From positions 6,572,001-6,636,000 of the forward strand of contig OX597828.1 of assembly GCA_951406725.2 (NCBI GenBank): DNA of 64,000 bases, written 5' to 3'. The stretch comes from Octopus vulgaris (taxonomy: Eukaryota). The notes under the pieces are model-generated. The model saw only the letters and a program-made list of their open reading frames with translations. It made no database searches and was not told the origin of the DNA. Made by a program: the position numbers and the translations under genes. Positions 40,730-54,818 of the stretch are shown piece after piece (position 1 is the stretch's first letter; every line of letters starts with the position of its first letter).

Positions 40730-42254
40730 GTATGTATGTATGTATGTAAGTATGTATGTATGCATGTTTTCGTGCTGAGTACATCCCGAGCTACAGCCCA
40801 TGCCAATATGACTAGAATATATGTGAATTGTATTAGAGAATTAAGGGCACTGGAGTTTATTGTTTTGAAAGCCTACGGCATCCTAGAACGTACTCTGCTG
40901 ATTGACATGACGTCTGTCATAATGTTAACTGACGCACTTTCCACAGCGTGATAGATGTTGGCCTACAAATTAATAGGCTTTGTCGCTAAACATACAACAC
41001 AATGCTGTACTTCTTTGCACTTGATTACACGACCTATGAGATATGAACCCTGTAATCCATATTTTTACTTCAATTGTCATAAAATGCATTTGTCCAGCTA
41101 CATAGACTATAATTCTCATGTTGATAGATCCCCAAAGTATATACAATCGCCGGGGAGATATACACTGCTAAAAGTAAGCCGTCATCGACATTTCCTGTTT
41201 TTGTTTTTGTTTTTTTTTGTAGTCATCGTCGTTGTTATTTAGTTTCGGTTCTGTTCAGTTTGAACTCCCCTATGATTAGAGGCGATCCCAGTTTTAACTC
41301 GAAAATCAGAATAGGAAAAACATACTAATTTTTAGAATTTTTTACTCTATTTTAATCTATAACAATACATATACTAACGAAGAACTTTTTGCGGTCTCGG
41401 CAGCGAGAGGAAGGTATATGAATACACACATTCCACATTCTACTCGGAAAGTGCAAGTATCTGTCAAAATGTCGACGTCAGATTAAAATTTATCAATTAT
41501 GATAAAGCATTGTAATCAGAATAAGTTGTCAGATATAGATCCCATTTTCATCGGAAGGTTCAAAATTTACGGATGATTCCCCTAATAAGGGGACTCATTC
41601 ATAAGTTATTATGCGAAATTACCGGAATTCTCTGGTGTAAACACTCTCGCGTTGGAGTTTCATAAAGTGAGTAATGAGAGAGATTGGTAATAAATATTTT
41701 GTGAACCAGATACGGAGACTTTTCAGTTTGGCAGTAAAATTATTTTTTTCTTTTTGTCTATTTCCTTCCCTTGCGCTCTTGTTTATATATTTTTCAAATG
41801 TTTACTTTAAGCAATTATTACGCCATAGTATATTCAAATTCATACTTTTCCATGGATACACACATGTCTTTATTCGTATTTTAAAGTTTTCTGTTCAGTT
41901 TATCCTGAAATATTGACTCATTCAAAACTGTTCAAAAGAAGAAATTCGGGTAAGGTAGAAAGAATATAGAACGTAAATTAAAATTGTAGACTTCGAGTTT
42001 ATTATTTTGGGGGTAAATATGCACCTTTCTACCTTTATTTTTCTGTGCCTTTTTCAATTTGCAGCATTAATATTTTTAGTAAGTGCAAACGAATTCACAT
42101 TTTACTCAGTAACATTTTCTAACGCTTAGATGTAAACAATATTCTTAATTTTGAATTTTGATATTTTTCCCGCTTAGAAAATAACAAATATCAAACTTTC
42201 ATGCGGTTTATCAATCTCTGCTTGAACAGATGGGTCCCCATGCCTACATTTTCC

Positions 42255-42348
<94 letters not shown>

Positions 42349-42455
42349 ATAAATATATATATATATTTATATACATATATATATATTTATATGTATATAT
42401 ATATATATTTTATGTATACATATATATATTTATATATATATATATATATATATAC

Positions 42456-42570
<115 letters not shown>

Positions 42571-42744
42571 CACCTTTATATGTATATATCATATGCATGT
42601 AATTGTTTGTGTGACTTTTGTCTTTGTATAGATAGAGAGATAGAGAGAGAGGGGGGAGAGAAATTGAGTGGTAGGCAAAATATATACACATCCATCCATC
42701 CATCCATAAATACATACATAGGTACCTACAAATAAACATACTAC

Positions 42745-43690
42745 TATGAGCTGGAAAGTGGATACGCTGACTATGAAGGAATGATACTGGAGCTTTAAAA
42801 CCTTGCATGCATTCATTTCAACTCTTATTAATAACTGCATTATTTCTTTCCAGATAAACTGACATCTGACTGTTCAAAGGTAAGCAGTAACTATCTCTCT
42901 TGAAAATAGTTATTAGCATATTCCGTGAGAAAGTTGATAATATTCTGCGCAATGAACTTGGCATAAAAAGGATTTCTCTTCTGTGGGTGCCACATCATCT
43001 GATCAAAAGCGCACCAAGCTTATCGTATCGCAAGAAAATTTGACAGTTTTAGGCATATCTTACTGTTTTCTTTGAACGTTTCCTAACCCAAGGTGGGTGT
43101 TAGCTTAACCACTTTGACCCAGAGACAAAGGGAGTTGTAGTGGAAACATTTCACCATACCTATTCCAAAGAGGGTAAAGTCATAGAATGTGATGGGCTCA
43201 ATTTTGGGGGATGCAAAAGGCATTATGCTGGTTGACTATCTTCAGAAGAACTGCGCCACCAATGGAGAATATTCATGCCAAATTGCTGAGGCAGTTACGA
43301 AAGGCTTTCAAATGCCCTGGCAAACTGACAAAAGGGGTTATGTTTCATCAGGACAATGCTCCAGCGTACAAGTTTCAATTGCTGCTGTGAGTGACTATGA
43401 CTTTGAATTGGTTGATCTTCCTCTTTATTCTCCTAATATGTTCCCATCTCATTATCATCTGTCCTCCAACAGGAAAAATACATACCCCAAAATCGCTGTA
43501 ATGATAACGCCATATCTGCCGTTGATGACTTTTTTGACCAGGATAAATGCTTCTTCGCCAAAGGAATCCTTACCACTGGGTCCCAAGCGCTGTGTGGACC
43601 ACAAGGGCGAATTTGTTGCTAGATAAACGCCATTTGGTCGCATTTAATGACAGTATTCGGGTTATTCTATAAACGTTTCAGCCGACTGTC
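42745..43690 (+). pseudogene. Decayed mariner transposon 2, N-terminal part deleted
   Basis: ILRNELGIKRISLLWVPHHL (WVPH motif ~42983-42994); RFLTQGGC*LNHFDPETK; MGSILGDAKGIMLVDYLQK; FHQDNAPAYK; FELVDLPLYSPNMFPSHYHL; CVDHKGEFVAR*; weak TIR match (14/22) between ~42750 and ~43683. Confidence 0.93.
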
Positions 43691-44912
43691 AGCATTGGTG
43701 ATGTTAGATCGACCCACCACGGAATCTTAGAATAGTCATTTTGCAATTCAGCAAGTGTCACAGCCGGTATGCCTTCAAGAGCATTTTCACCCGAGTGAAC
43801 ATCATGTGCCAAGCGATGCATTTAGCGAATTTTTTTATTGTAAATCATACAAATCACGTTAAGTTTCTTCTCTTGGTGAATTCGGGCCACGTTTTCCATG
43901 TATCTTACAAGTCTGTATTCAGGATTACATTAAATTCGATGTCATTGCATTCCTTGAACATTATGAACGGAGTTCTAATTAGTACTATCTATATCCGTTC
44001 TTTGAAGGGTTCATTAATTCCTAAAGGAAAATTTACTTTACAAAGCAGTTAATAAAATTAATTCAGTTTTCGAAAGCTGATTCTCTCAGAAGTGTTGCAT
44101 TTTAGCAATTCATATAAATTTGCTAGGAACTATTCCATTATAGAATCTAGAATTATTATTTCTCACACACATTTTATTAGTTTTGCAAAAACATGCCTTT
44201 TACAAATTACTTTATTAATTTCCATTATTACACTAAATGAATTAATTTTCTAATCAGAAACATTTCTAATGCTTGAAGGTATATTATATTCTTAGTTTTA
44301 AATTCTCTCTTTCTCTTTCTTTTTATGCTTAGGAAGTAGCAGAAAAAGTCACGCGGATTATGACCTTCTCTTGCACAGATGTGCCCCCATTCAAACTTTC
44401 AGTTATTTGGTGCATTATTGTGGCCTACAACTAGGAATTTGCATGCAAATATTCTTGTGCGTGTATGTACCAGTACACGTGAATGGATTATATATAGATA
44501 TAATCGTGTGTGTGCATATATACATATATGCGCCATGTGTACAAACACATACATACATGCATAGATAGATAGAAAGAATGAAAGAAAGGAAAAAGAAAGA
44601 AAGAAAGAAAGAAAAAAAGAAAGAAAGAAAGAAAGAAAGCAGGAAAGATAGATAGATATTATATATAGATAGAGATGCATACATACATGCATACATAAAA
44701 ACTGCTTTTTGTTGTAGAAGTATGTGTGTATATGTGTAAGCATGAATTTACCAGTCAAAAGGTTTTTCGATTTTCACTGATGATATCTGACCACGTGTTA
44801 TGTCATAAATTCGATGCCACTTCCTGTCCGATCATTGCTGAATCATTCTTTATTTTCATATTTAACATAATATATGCTTTAACAGTTTATTTTATATTTT
44901 ACAGATTTGATA

Positions 44913-45500
44913 ATGAGTGGTGAAAAAATGAAATTAGAGCCGTTTTACGCTACCTGCGGAATAAAGGACTGAATGCAAGGGCAATGGCAGAAGAAAATAA
45001 TGTGTGGCGTAAACATGCTTCAAAGGTGTCAAGGTAGGTAATACCACCTTTGAAGACAAACCAAGGTCAGAAGGATCTTCTACTGGGGGAGATGAGGCCT
45101 TACTTGAAATAGCTGAACAGCCCAAGCACAACTAAAGTTACATTGTCTGTAAATCCTGGACCTTCACTAAACACCATCAATGGACACTTTCATAACCTCG
45201 GCATTGTGAACAGAAGTTGTCGAGATGCTCCTCATAAACTAATCAATGACCAGGCTCAACAAGATGAGAATATTTGCAAACAGCTGTAGGCAAATCCTCG
45301 AGATGCCTGTTTTTTGCTTAGAATTGTGACTAGGGATAAAAAATATATATATATTCGTAATTCCAATAACAGAAATCAGTGATTTCGTTCTGTCCAGACT
45401 TCAGATCTGCTCTCTAACAAGGACAGTTTGTCCAGAAGCTCAAATTATGTGGTTGGAAGAATTTCGAGTGGGTGTTGCACCTTAATCTTGACTTAGATTG
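44913..45500 (+). pseudogene. Decayed mariner transposon 3, 5' half
   Basis: EIRAVLRYLRNKGLNARAMAEE; GNTTFEDKPRS; HFHNLGIVNRSCRDAPHKL; FLLRIVTRDKKYIYIRN (cf. RIVTGDEKWI); KLKLCGWKNFEWVLHLNL; truncated there. Confidence 0.88.
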
Positions 45501-45510
45501 TCATACTTGT

Positions 45511-45555
45511 CGTGTGCTGATGACGGGTCAATACCCAGAAACTGCAGTCCTTGCG
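45511..45555 (+). ncRNA. Minimal type-I hammerhead ribozyme motif (H3) with GUC site
   Basis: cgugug-CUGAUGA-C-GGGU-CAAU-ACCC-A-GAAA-CUGCAG-UC-cuugcg; palindromic ACUGCAGU stem III; stem I has 5/6 pairs including two G-U. Confidence 0.55.
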
Positions 45556-45869
45556 TATCACTTACGTTGACGAAGAAAGGATGACCTCCCTTTGCAAATA
45601 CCGATAGGGCACCACTCTCTAATATGTTGTCAGTTCATGATTACATTGCATATTCTCTGATTTTTTTGGAGCTGTTGCTAACTTTTATAGTGTGTCTATC
45701 AAATAATTTGTTATATTTATGCTCTGTTGAGCAATATTTGCTGATTATTCTTAGGAATTATTCCTACATTTGTTGTTATGAGTACGCTAAAGTATGGGCT
45801 AAATCAGATAATGTCCCATGTTCTATTTATCTTTTTTGTTTTCTTTTTCAATACTTTTTTTTTTATTTA

Positions 45870-46035
45870 AAGCGGCGAGCAAAATACTTCGCAGTATTTC
45901 GCCCGTCTTTACGCTGTGAGTTCAAATTCCGTCGAGGCTGTCTTTGCCTTTCATCTTTTTGAGTTCGATAAAATGAATACCAGTTGGGGGTCAGTTTGAC
46001 AGACTTAGACCACTCCTCATGAAAGTTCTGGCTTG
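45870..46035 (+). mobile_element. SINE family A, degenerate
   Basis: gtatttcgcccgtctttacgctgtgagttcaaattccgtcgagg…gcctttcatctttttgagttcgataaaatgaataccag. Confidence 0.8.
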
Positions 46036-47238
46036 GTTATTGATTTATCTGTGATGTTTTCTATAAGCATTTGATGACTGACTTTTAATCCAATGGCTTT
46101 CGGAATTTGCTGAATAATTACATGTGTGGGCGCGTAAGTGTGTGTGTATGTGTACGGCTGTGTGTGTGCGTGTGTGCATCTATATATAAACTATATTATC
46201 GTCGATTCGCTGTTTGGTTTTATCAATACTTTTGTTTTATCGTGTTAGGTATCTGGGAACCCTCCTCTGCGGGATTTGTCATTTTAGGGTGCCAGTTTCC
46301 ATTTCAGGGAATTGCATTTTTCCATCATGACCAGACATCATGACCAGACATCATGACCAGACATACTCTATGTATCCGGTCACTATAGAAGTTTGAGTTG
46401 GTGAACGACTATGCAGTAAGTATGCTGTTGAGAATATTAAGCCATAGCATTTGTTAGAAAATTTCCCCCTGGTACGTGTGACTACAGCACTTGATCTGTA
46501 ACGTGTTTGACCCATCTAATCTGCGTTAATGTATGTACGTGAAATGAAGAATATTAGGGATATAAATATTGAAACAAAATAAGTTTTCTGGAAGATTCCA
46601 CCTGAGTGGGATCCCTGTAGTGACCGGGACCTCTAAAGTGGTACTACTCATCTTTGATCACCCTTGTTCCGGTATTTGTCTATTCAACATTTAGACACCG
46701 ATACAAGCAAATGCACCTTTTTATTGAGGTCTCTTCTTGGTATGATTCCTGTAATATGGATCATATATGCTGGATCTCAGGGAATCTTTTCGTTGATGTC
46801 CTTCAAGAAGTACACTAACCAAAAGATTAACTACAAAAGATTCAGGCCGTGACCGCATTGGATGGATTAACCATTAGCAAAGGATATCTGTGTGTTTATG
46901 CATATGAGCGGGGTGTGTATGATTTGTATGAATATATGTATTTATATTTATGTACATGTGCATATGTATGAGTATACGTGCTAATGTGAGTGTTTTGTGA
47001 GTGTGAGTGTGTAGTACGGGTGTGTGTGTGTGTGTTAATAATGAGACTTCCACATATGTGTTTGAACGGATAAATTACATACTGAGAAGGTGGTTATATT
47101 TTTCAAACGTTGTCCTTTGCTTTTTTGCAGTTGTCTCGCCTTCATTATTTCTCGTTCTTTTATACTTGTTATTCTTTCAGTTGTGTCTAATAATCGATAC
47201 GAAGAAACAGGTTCCATCCTTCTATACGAACACACACT

Positions 47239-47274
<36 letters not shown>

Positions 47275-48120
47275 CTTGCACCTACATGTATAATTATATA
47301 AATATATTTATACATATATAAATATAGCCATAGATGTATATATATATGTGTGTGTGTAAATGTGTGTGTTTGTGTATATATATATATGTGCATGTTACAC
47401 ACACACAAACCGACGTATATATATATATATATATACATTTATGAATGATTACTTATACTCATACACACACGCATATATATACATTTATTTACACACATTC
47501 ATATAAATATCCAGATGCCTATGTGTGTGAAAGTGTGAGTGTGTGAAAGTGTGTGTGTGTGTTCATGTGTGCGTGCGTGCGCGTGTAGCCCTATAGTCCT
47601 GTCAGACACTGTACAAAGGACAGAGCAGTACTGAGAATATCGTGAATACAGTGCAGAGAACACAAGGCTCACGCAAAAGTAGAGACACAACTACAACAAC
47701 AATAACAACAACAACAACAAAAACAACAAAAGCAAAAACAATAACAACATCGCATCATCAACAACAACAACAATAACAATATCAACAACAACTGTGTTAT
47801 CTAATTGGGTTAAACCCATTCAAGCAGATGTTCTCTCCAATGCTTTAGGGCTCACAGCAACGAGAATATCTTGGTCTCAATTGGATTATTACACAACTAG
47901 AAGCGAACAAAATGTGGCAAAGGAAAAAGCAGCGAATTATTCCTAATACAATGTTAAAAGCAGATGGAGACAAGGAAACATTGGCGCAGACATGTGTATA
48001 TATTCATGTATATGTATGTATGTTTGTGTGAACAGAAAGAGAGTGCAAGAGACAGAGAGAGAGAGAGAGAGAGCTAGAGATGCATGTATGTGTAAATTTT
48101 ATACAGACATACTATTATAG

Positions 48121-48170
<50 letters not shown>

Positions 48171-48186
48171 ACACACATATATATAC

Positions 48187-48217
<31 letters not shown>

Positions 48218-48405
48218 CGTGTGTATACAATACTGTGAGTGCATGTGTGGTGTTGCTGTCTTTATGAAACCGTGTTATATGAATGATGTCACTCATGAAT
48301 ACAACATAGAGACATACATGTATTTCATGCATATTTAATTGCGTGTATATAAATATATATATTTGCGTGAATGTGTATGTGTGTGTGCGTGCGTACGTGT
48401 GAGTC

Positions 48406-48447
<42 letters not shown>

Positions 48448-48463
48448 GGGGAGCGGGTATGGA

Positions 48464-48536
<73 letters not shown>

Positions 48537-49335
48537 ACGTATGTATATGTATATATATATGTGTAAGTATATACAGAGAGATGAATAAGAAGAGAAAACC
48601 GAGAAAGAGGGAGAGGAGGAGGATAGAAAGAGGGAGAGAAAGAGATAGGCAAATTCCTATTGTTTCTTATTCTGTCTTCTCTTTATTTCTCCTTTGCAGT
48701 CTCAGTACTCAGATACTAAAGTTAATGTATGTATACGCTTATGTACGTATGTTTATGTATAAATGTTGTATATGCATATATGCTCATTTTTGCCTGCATG
48801 CTTGTCGATATGCTTACGCATGTGCGTGCACAGCTCTATCTACGCATAAGCGTCCTACCGCTCATGTCAGTTGATGCAGCTGTTTGAATGTGTGCATGTT
48901 TGGTCTCCGAAATTTCACATGCACGGACATTTTTCCCACACATTGACCCCTTAATAAGGGTCTTTGCCGCATGGAATTACTGATCCTTAAGCTAAGGGCC
49001 ACTTGCGGTATAGATAATTCCGTTATATAACGCTTATGTTCTACAAAAGCTTAGAACACAAACACTTTAGTCTGCAGCCGCTTATGTTTCTTAGTAGCCC
49101 TATCTCATACGATACATTTAACTTTGACAAATGTTCGCTTGACAGGCATTTGCGTCATTTATAATAAAATTGCATTATATCTGGTTCTTGGACAGCAATG
49201 GAGTTGGTGGTAATAATGGTGCCTCTTACCAATGAGTGGTTGTCCCCTACATTAAGCCACCTTTAATTAATTTATTCACGTCTTCTATATGTGTGTGCGT
49301 GTGCGCGCTCATATATATATACACATATATATATA

Positions 49336-49402
<67 letters not shown>

Positions 49403-49404
49403 GA

Positions 49405-49810
49405 AAGCGGTGAGCTGGCAGAATCGTTAGCACACTGGGCGAAATGCTTGGCGGTATTTCGTCTGTCTTCATGTTCTTAGTTCAAATGCCACCGGAGTCG
49501 ACATTGCCTTTCATCCTTTCGCGGTCGATAAATTAAGTACCATTTACGCACTAGGTTCGATGTAATCGACTTGATCCCTTACACAAATCCGAGGCCTTGT
49601 ACTTCCAGTAGAAAAGATTATTATATTATTATCATTATTATTATTTAAAGCGGCGAGCAGGCACAATTGTTACCACGCCTGATGAAAAGCTTCGCGATAT
49701 TTCTCCCGTCGCTACGTCCTGAGTTCAAATTCCGCCGAGGTCGACTATCGGGGTCGATAAGTTAAGTACCAGTGAAACACTGGGCTGATATAATCGACTA
49801 GTCCCCACAA
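49405..49810 (+). mobile_element. Two tandem SINE family A copies embedded in (ATT)n
   Basis: Copies at ~49405-49620 and ~49648-49810, each bounded by (TTA)n runs. Confidence 0.9.
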
Positions 49811-49819
49811 TTTATAATA

Positions 49820-49855
<36 letters not shown>

Positions 49856-49911
49856 GTATAAAAACTCAGAACTAGTAGACTAAGGCGACACTTGTTAACT
49901 GGTGATATTTC

Positions 49912-50075
49912 AATTCTTGCAGTTCCAAGCCATGCTGATTTTTGAAGCTGTTCTACCTTTACACTTGCACCGATATTTTTCAGCCATGTTGGTAGCTGAG
50001 TGCCGATACTTCCAAGTGCACTAATTAGTAGTAGGATCACCTCTACTCTCTTCATTGACCACAACCTTCGTATTT
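49912..50075 (-). pseudogene. C-terminal fragment of an RLE-type (R4/Dong-like) non-LTR retrotransposon
   Basis: RRLWSMKRVEVILLLISALGSIGTQLPTWLKNIGASVKVEQLQKSAWLGTARI matches the RLW…V-P-V-I-GALG…LQK-ALLGTARI end of restriction-like endonuclease ORFs. Confidence 0.85.
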
Positions 50076-50879
50076 ACATCAAAATCAATATAGTTGGGTT
50101 TTTCCCCTTTCACATTGATCCTGTTACTATTATTATTAGTTTTATATAAAACAGTGTGATTTTACCCCATGTGACTTAAAGTTTCGTAAGCTTGCCAAAG
50201 AACCCTAGTTTGTCGGGCCGCCTGAATCCGGCAGCAAATATTTCTGGGACGAACCAACGAAACTATACATTGCATGGGACTGAATCAATGTTATAATTAA
50301 TAATATACGTAACTTTTACTAAATCATTTGAGTATCTCTTTCATTCGTTTCTCCACTCACTCATGGTTTCAATAAATAGAATAGCATTCGATTAGCTAAG
50401 AGAGTAAATATAATGTTATAATAAAAAGCACAAGCCTTGTTATATACAGCTCCCCAGGGTTTTCCTGGTCCAAACATTAATTTATTACTTCTATATACTA
50501 CCCCACACCATCTTTTAACTACGTTGGCCAACTTTGGCAATAAGAAACAGTTTGTAAAATGTGTTGGCAAGTAATGTACGCTCGATTTCAAAACCTGAAG
50601 GAAAACATATCTTAAACATTTTGTAAAAATAAAAGAAAATTGGAATTTACGCTCTCATTTGAAATTGTGCTAATCTTACAGGAAAGCACTGGAGCAGAGA
50701 CTTTGCAAAGTATCCAGTATCATTATAACAATTATATTTCTGAACTGATATACATAAAACAATCCTTTACAAAACAATTTTTGTTATGGTTTGGTCGGTG
50801 GAGGAAGTATATCCTCCACTATCTTTGCAGAGTTTCCGAAAACATGCTGCAGGAAACAGAATAAGAGATTTGACTCATT

Positions 50880-51215
50880 TTTGGTCCATCCAATGGGATT
50901 TTGCAGCTTCCGTTCAGAGACTCTTTAACACAGTGGTTTTCAACCAGGGTTCCACGGAACCTTAGGCTTCCGCCAGTACAGTCTAGGGACTCCGCAAGAA
51001 GTTACAAAACTGCTAAAATCGGCAGTAATTTTTAATTCTCCTGTGCAGATATGTGTGCATAAGTCTATTAAATTATTGTACAGGGGTTCCCCGAGCCAGT
51101 GAAATGTTTCCTTGGGGTTCCGCTCCAGCAAAAAGTTTGAAAAGCACTGCTTTAACAGAACGCTTTGACTGACCAAGATTAATAGTAGAAAAAACTTTTG
51201 AAAGGTACTGAGCTG
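50880..51215 (+). pseudogene. Possible hAT transposase C-terminal dimerisation-domain relic, split by a MITE
   Basis: With the MITE removed it reads AASVQRLFN…(frameshift) PRLIVEKTFE, resembling SA-VERLFS…R-RL-x-x-KTFE. Confidence 0.35.
50931..51149. mobile_element. 219-bp hAT (Charlie-like) MITE with perfect 8-bp TSD
   Basis: TIRs cagtggttttcaacc / gtttgaaaagcactg (13/15); TSD ctttaaca at 50923-50930 and 51150-51157. Confidence 0.95.
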
Positions 51216-51771
51216 TTTAATAGGTTCTGGAATCAAAAGATGGCTAGACGAAATTCTGAATATAAAATATATATGGAATATGAAAATATAGTTTCCTGCT
51301 GCAGATGAGTATTTTTGTTGTGGAATAAATCATATGATATATTTTATTAATTTTACATCAAAATTATTGCGCTAGAGCACATTCGAACACAGCTACCCGA
51401 CGAGCTACAGTTCACTGCATCTCTGTGATTGTGTGTGACATATAGTGAATGTAACTATAACAAATTATGGCGGAGGATTCGATCGTTATAGAAATCTCCG
51501 ATTTTTCGTTTTTTTCTTGCCAATATTTACCTCTTTTGCAAATATACGTCGACAAAAAATAACCATATGCATGCACTAACCTCCACACATAAACGCATTT
51601 ATATATACACGTGTACATATGAATATATCTACATATCTACACACACACATACGTATACACATACACACAGAATTATATATATATATTATGTATATGTATA
51701 TATATATATATATTATGTATATGTATATGTAAAGTATGTAAGGTATCTCTCTCTCTTTCTCTCTCTCTCCC

Positions 51772-51849
<78 letters not shown>

Positions 51850-53344
51850 GAGTCTTTGAGAGAAAACGCATGTTAAAGATAAGTCGTTGTGGTATCGAAC
51901 CCGGAAACACCAAATTGTGGAGTGAACTGCTTAATCATACAGCCATTGTTGCACCTATATAATCACAACTGAAGGTTTTCAATTCAATTAGGACTAATGC
52001 CATCTCAATCTATTTCTAGTGATGTGCAATTTACACAGCGGGTATAGAAATATTCACACATTATGCATTGGTGGAATGAAACAAATGACATATTACACTT
52101 GTAATGAGTTCTTCATATCTTCATATCACAAATTAAAAACATGATTTTACCCTTACAGTTAAATAAAATTCTAGGGTGGAGTTAATATATGTTATTGACT
52201 GGAATATAGCACTAATAATAACGAGGTCTTAATTTTCATTATTTGACAGTGTTACCATTTCACTGTTCACTGTCTTAACATTTCTCTTTCATCTCTCCTT
52301 CGATTGAGAGCGGTTCCTTTTCCATATTCAGTGTCTTAGCATCTCTCTCTCACTCTCTCCCTCTTTCTCTCTCTTTCTTAACTCTAACTTTCCCTATTTC
52401 TCTTTCTCTCTTTCTTTCCACACACACACAGACATATTCACATATAAAGAAGGATGAAGCATGAATATGTAAATGAATATATGTATGCATCTTGGTAGGT
52501 AGATAGGTACTCACTATATATATTTATATATGCCTGTCTCTTTGGATGCGTGTGTGTTAGCGTGTGTTTGCGTGCGTGTGTCTATATCTACGTGTCTGTG
52601 TGTATGTGTAAGTGTCTGTCTGCGTGTGTGTGCGCGCGTGTGTGAGTATGTGTGCGTGCGTGTGTGTTTGTGTGTCTACATGTGTGTGTGTGTGCATACG
52701 TGTAAGCCTAATTTCCTCTCCACCCCTAAATGCAGGCTAATTAACCCCTCGAAAAGGGAATTGTTCTTAGTTAGCAAGCGTATTCCAACGTCATTATCTT
52801 AAAATTAGAAGAGCTGCGAGAGCAGATCAATGGAACTTTAGTGCCGCTGTAATCAAGCGGTTGAACGGCAATGATAATATAAATATCGGCAATTTCATCC
52901 AATTTGATACTTCGAATATTTCTTATGCATATTGCAATCCATTGTGCTAAAAGTACAGTAAGAACATCTGGAAATCATTAGTGTTCCATAACATTTCTTA
53001 CTGGATTGAAAGGCAAAGTGACAAAGTTCCGTCATTCGTCGTCTTACTTAAAAACGAGGTTGGACTGGAGATGGACTATTTTTCGGTCTGTTTCTCGGGA
53101 ATCTGACCTCCAATCACATCGTAGGTTTGCAAAGATATGGCAGTGTGGCTTCCTCATACAATATAAAGGACCACACCATGGATAGATTCAGAAATGATCT
53201 GATACGCTCGTTCAATATGCTGGATTTAAATATAAGAATTTTCCATAAACTTAACGACAGAAAACATCGTAAGTATTACAAATAACTGAAGAGATGTAAA
53301 ATGAAACAAAACCAGAAGACGGCATATAGTCATAAGATCCGCAT

Positions 53345-53750
53345 CTCTTTTACTCTTTTACTTGTTTCAGTCATTTGACTGCGGCCATGCTGGAGCACCG
53401 CCTTTAGTCGAGCAAATCGACCCCAAAACTTAATCTTTGTAAGCCTATTACTTATTCTATTGGTCTCTTTTACCGAACCGCTAAGTTACGGAGACATGAA
53501 CACACCAGCATCGGTTGTCAAGCGATGTTGGGGGGAACAAACACAGACACACAAACATATACACATACATATATATACATATACAGGACAGGCTTCTTTC
53601 AGTTTCCGTCTAACAAATCCACTCACAAGGCTTTGATCGGCCCGAGGCTATAACAGAAGACACTTGCCCAAGGTGCCACGTAGTGAGACTGAACCCGGAA
53701 CCATGTGGTTGGTAAGCAAGCTACTTACCACACAGCCACTCCTGCTCCTA
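53345..53750 (-). mobile_element. SINE family B, full-length
   Basis: ctcttttactcttttacttgtttcagtcatttgactgcggccatgctggagcaccgcc…gcaagctacttaccacacagccactcctgc. Confidence 0.95.
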
Positions 53751-54569
53751 TCTGGTGACTATAATTTAGAAACCAAGTGGCAGTGATAGGCAGAAGAGTA
53801 TTGATATAATCCTGATGTAGACTTATTTTCTACAATGCAACCTCCCTGCTATAAGGAAGCTTTTACCCAAAGTTTCTTTAAAATGCTTAATTATATGGAA
53901 ACCTTTCAACTCTTCTCCAGCATGAAGAGAGCTGGTGCACAGAAAGTAAACCATTCTAATTTAAATGTCCACAAAGTCTATTCGTTACTAAAAAAGTACA
54001 TAAAGTATTCTATACTTTCCGAAATGCATCGAAGCTTGATGAAACATAAATATCATATATTCTTTTGCTAACTATTCTCACCTAGATAATATCCTTGAAG
54101 CTTTACGCGTCGCAAGGAAATCTCTCATTAAGATTTTTCAAAACAGGATTTCAGCTGAAATTATCGGAATCAAGACACTTACTTGCTGAGACGTAGTAGA
54201 CGCAGCTACACTCAACCAACAAGATGATATTGAAAGTAGCAATGTATGGGTTATCATCAAGGATATTATGATTAATTTTAACAACCCATTAGGTCTAGAG
54301 ACACACTAAACTACTCTACATCTTTGCCTACTTTTATTTGGAAGACTAGAGACCAAGAGTATAACTGACTCGCTATAACATGGAACTTGATCGACAGAGC
54401 TTCTCCATATTCAGTGGACTTCACAAATTCAGATTCTACCTCTCAGAGTAACTGGATATTCCGAAGCATACACATAGGCATGCACTCATTCACACACACA
54501 CACACGCTCACATATACCAATACATGAACAAATATAGATTTATATCTATGATATATGATATATATATAA

Positions 54570-54780
54570 AGTTAATCCAAACGTGAAAACACAAAGAGAA
54601 AACACAACAACGCGAGGACGTGGAACAAATATAGTATTATTGGACGCCCAGGAAGGAAGGGAAGAAGGAGGGTTTTACGTTTCGAGCGGAGCTCTTCGTC
54701 AGAAACATAGGAAAAGGAAAGATCCAGAGAAGAGAAGACGGAGGGAAAAAAATCGCCAACGGTACACACGCGGTCACACT

Positions 54781-54785
<5 letters not shown>
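54570..54785 (-). mobile_element. Hammerhead-bearing short retroelement, family H1, copy 2
   Basis: Homologous to 21696-21883; TA repeats on both sides. Confidence 0.85.
54672..54706 (-). ncRNA. Minimal type-I hammerhead ribozyme motif (H1), fully paired copy
   Basis: Minus strand GUUU-CUGACGA-A-GAGC-UCC-GCUC-GAAA-CG-UA-AAAC: perfect stem I (GUUU/AAAC), perfect stem II (GAGC/GCUC), palindromic ACGU stem III, GUA cleavage triplet. Confidence 0.75.

Positions 54786-54818
<33 letters not shown>

Noticed and set aside
41380-41600. Minus-strand FPSRMWNV, reminiscent of a Mutator transposase C-terminus
   Set aside because: A single short motif with no supporting neighbours I could read.
43189-43626. 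145-aa ORF as a functional gene
   Set aside because: It drifts in and out of the mariner frame and the catalytic motifs are mutated; annotated as a relic.
46326-46365. Three tandem catgaccagaca(t) units and a nearby 13-bp inverted pair (46376/46616)
   Set aside because: A 12-bp tandem repeat with no spacers, so not CRISPR; the inverted pair is short and has no TSD.
52800-54450. Possible very old CR1/L2-like LINE relic around the SINE at 53345 (TTPWID motif)
   Set aside because: Too degraded to support by eye; needs a frameshift-aware profile search.
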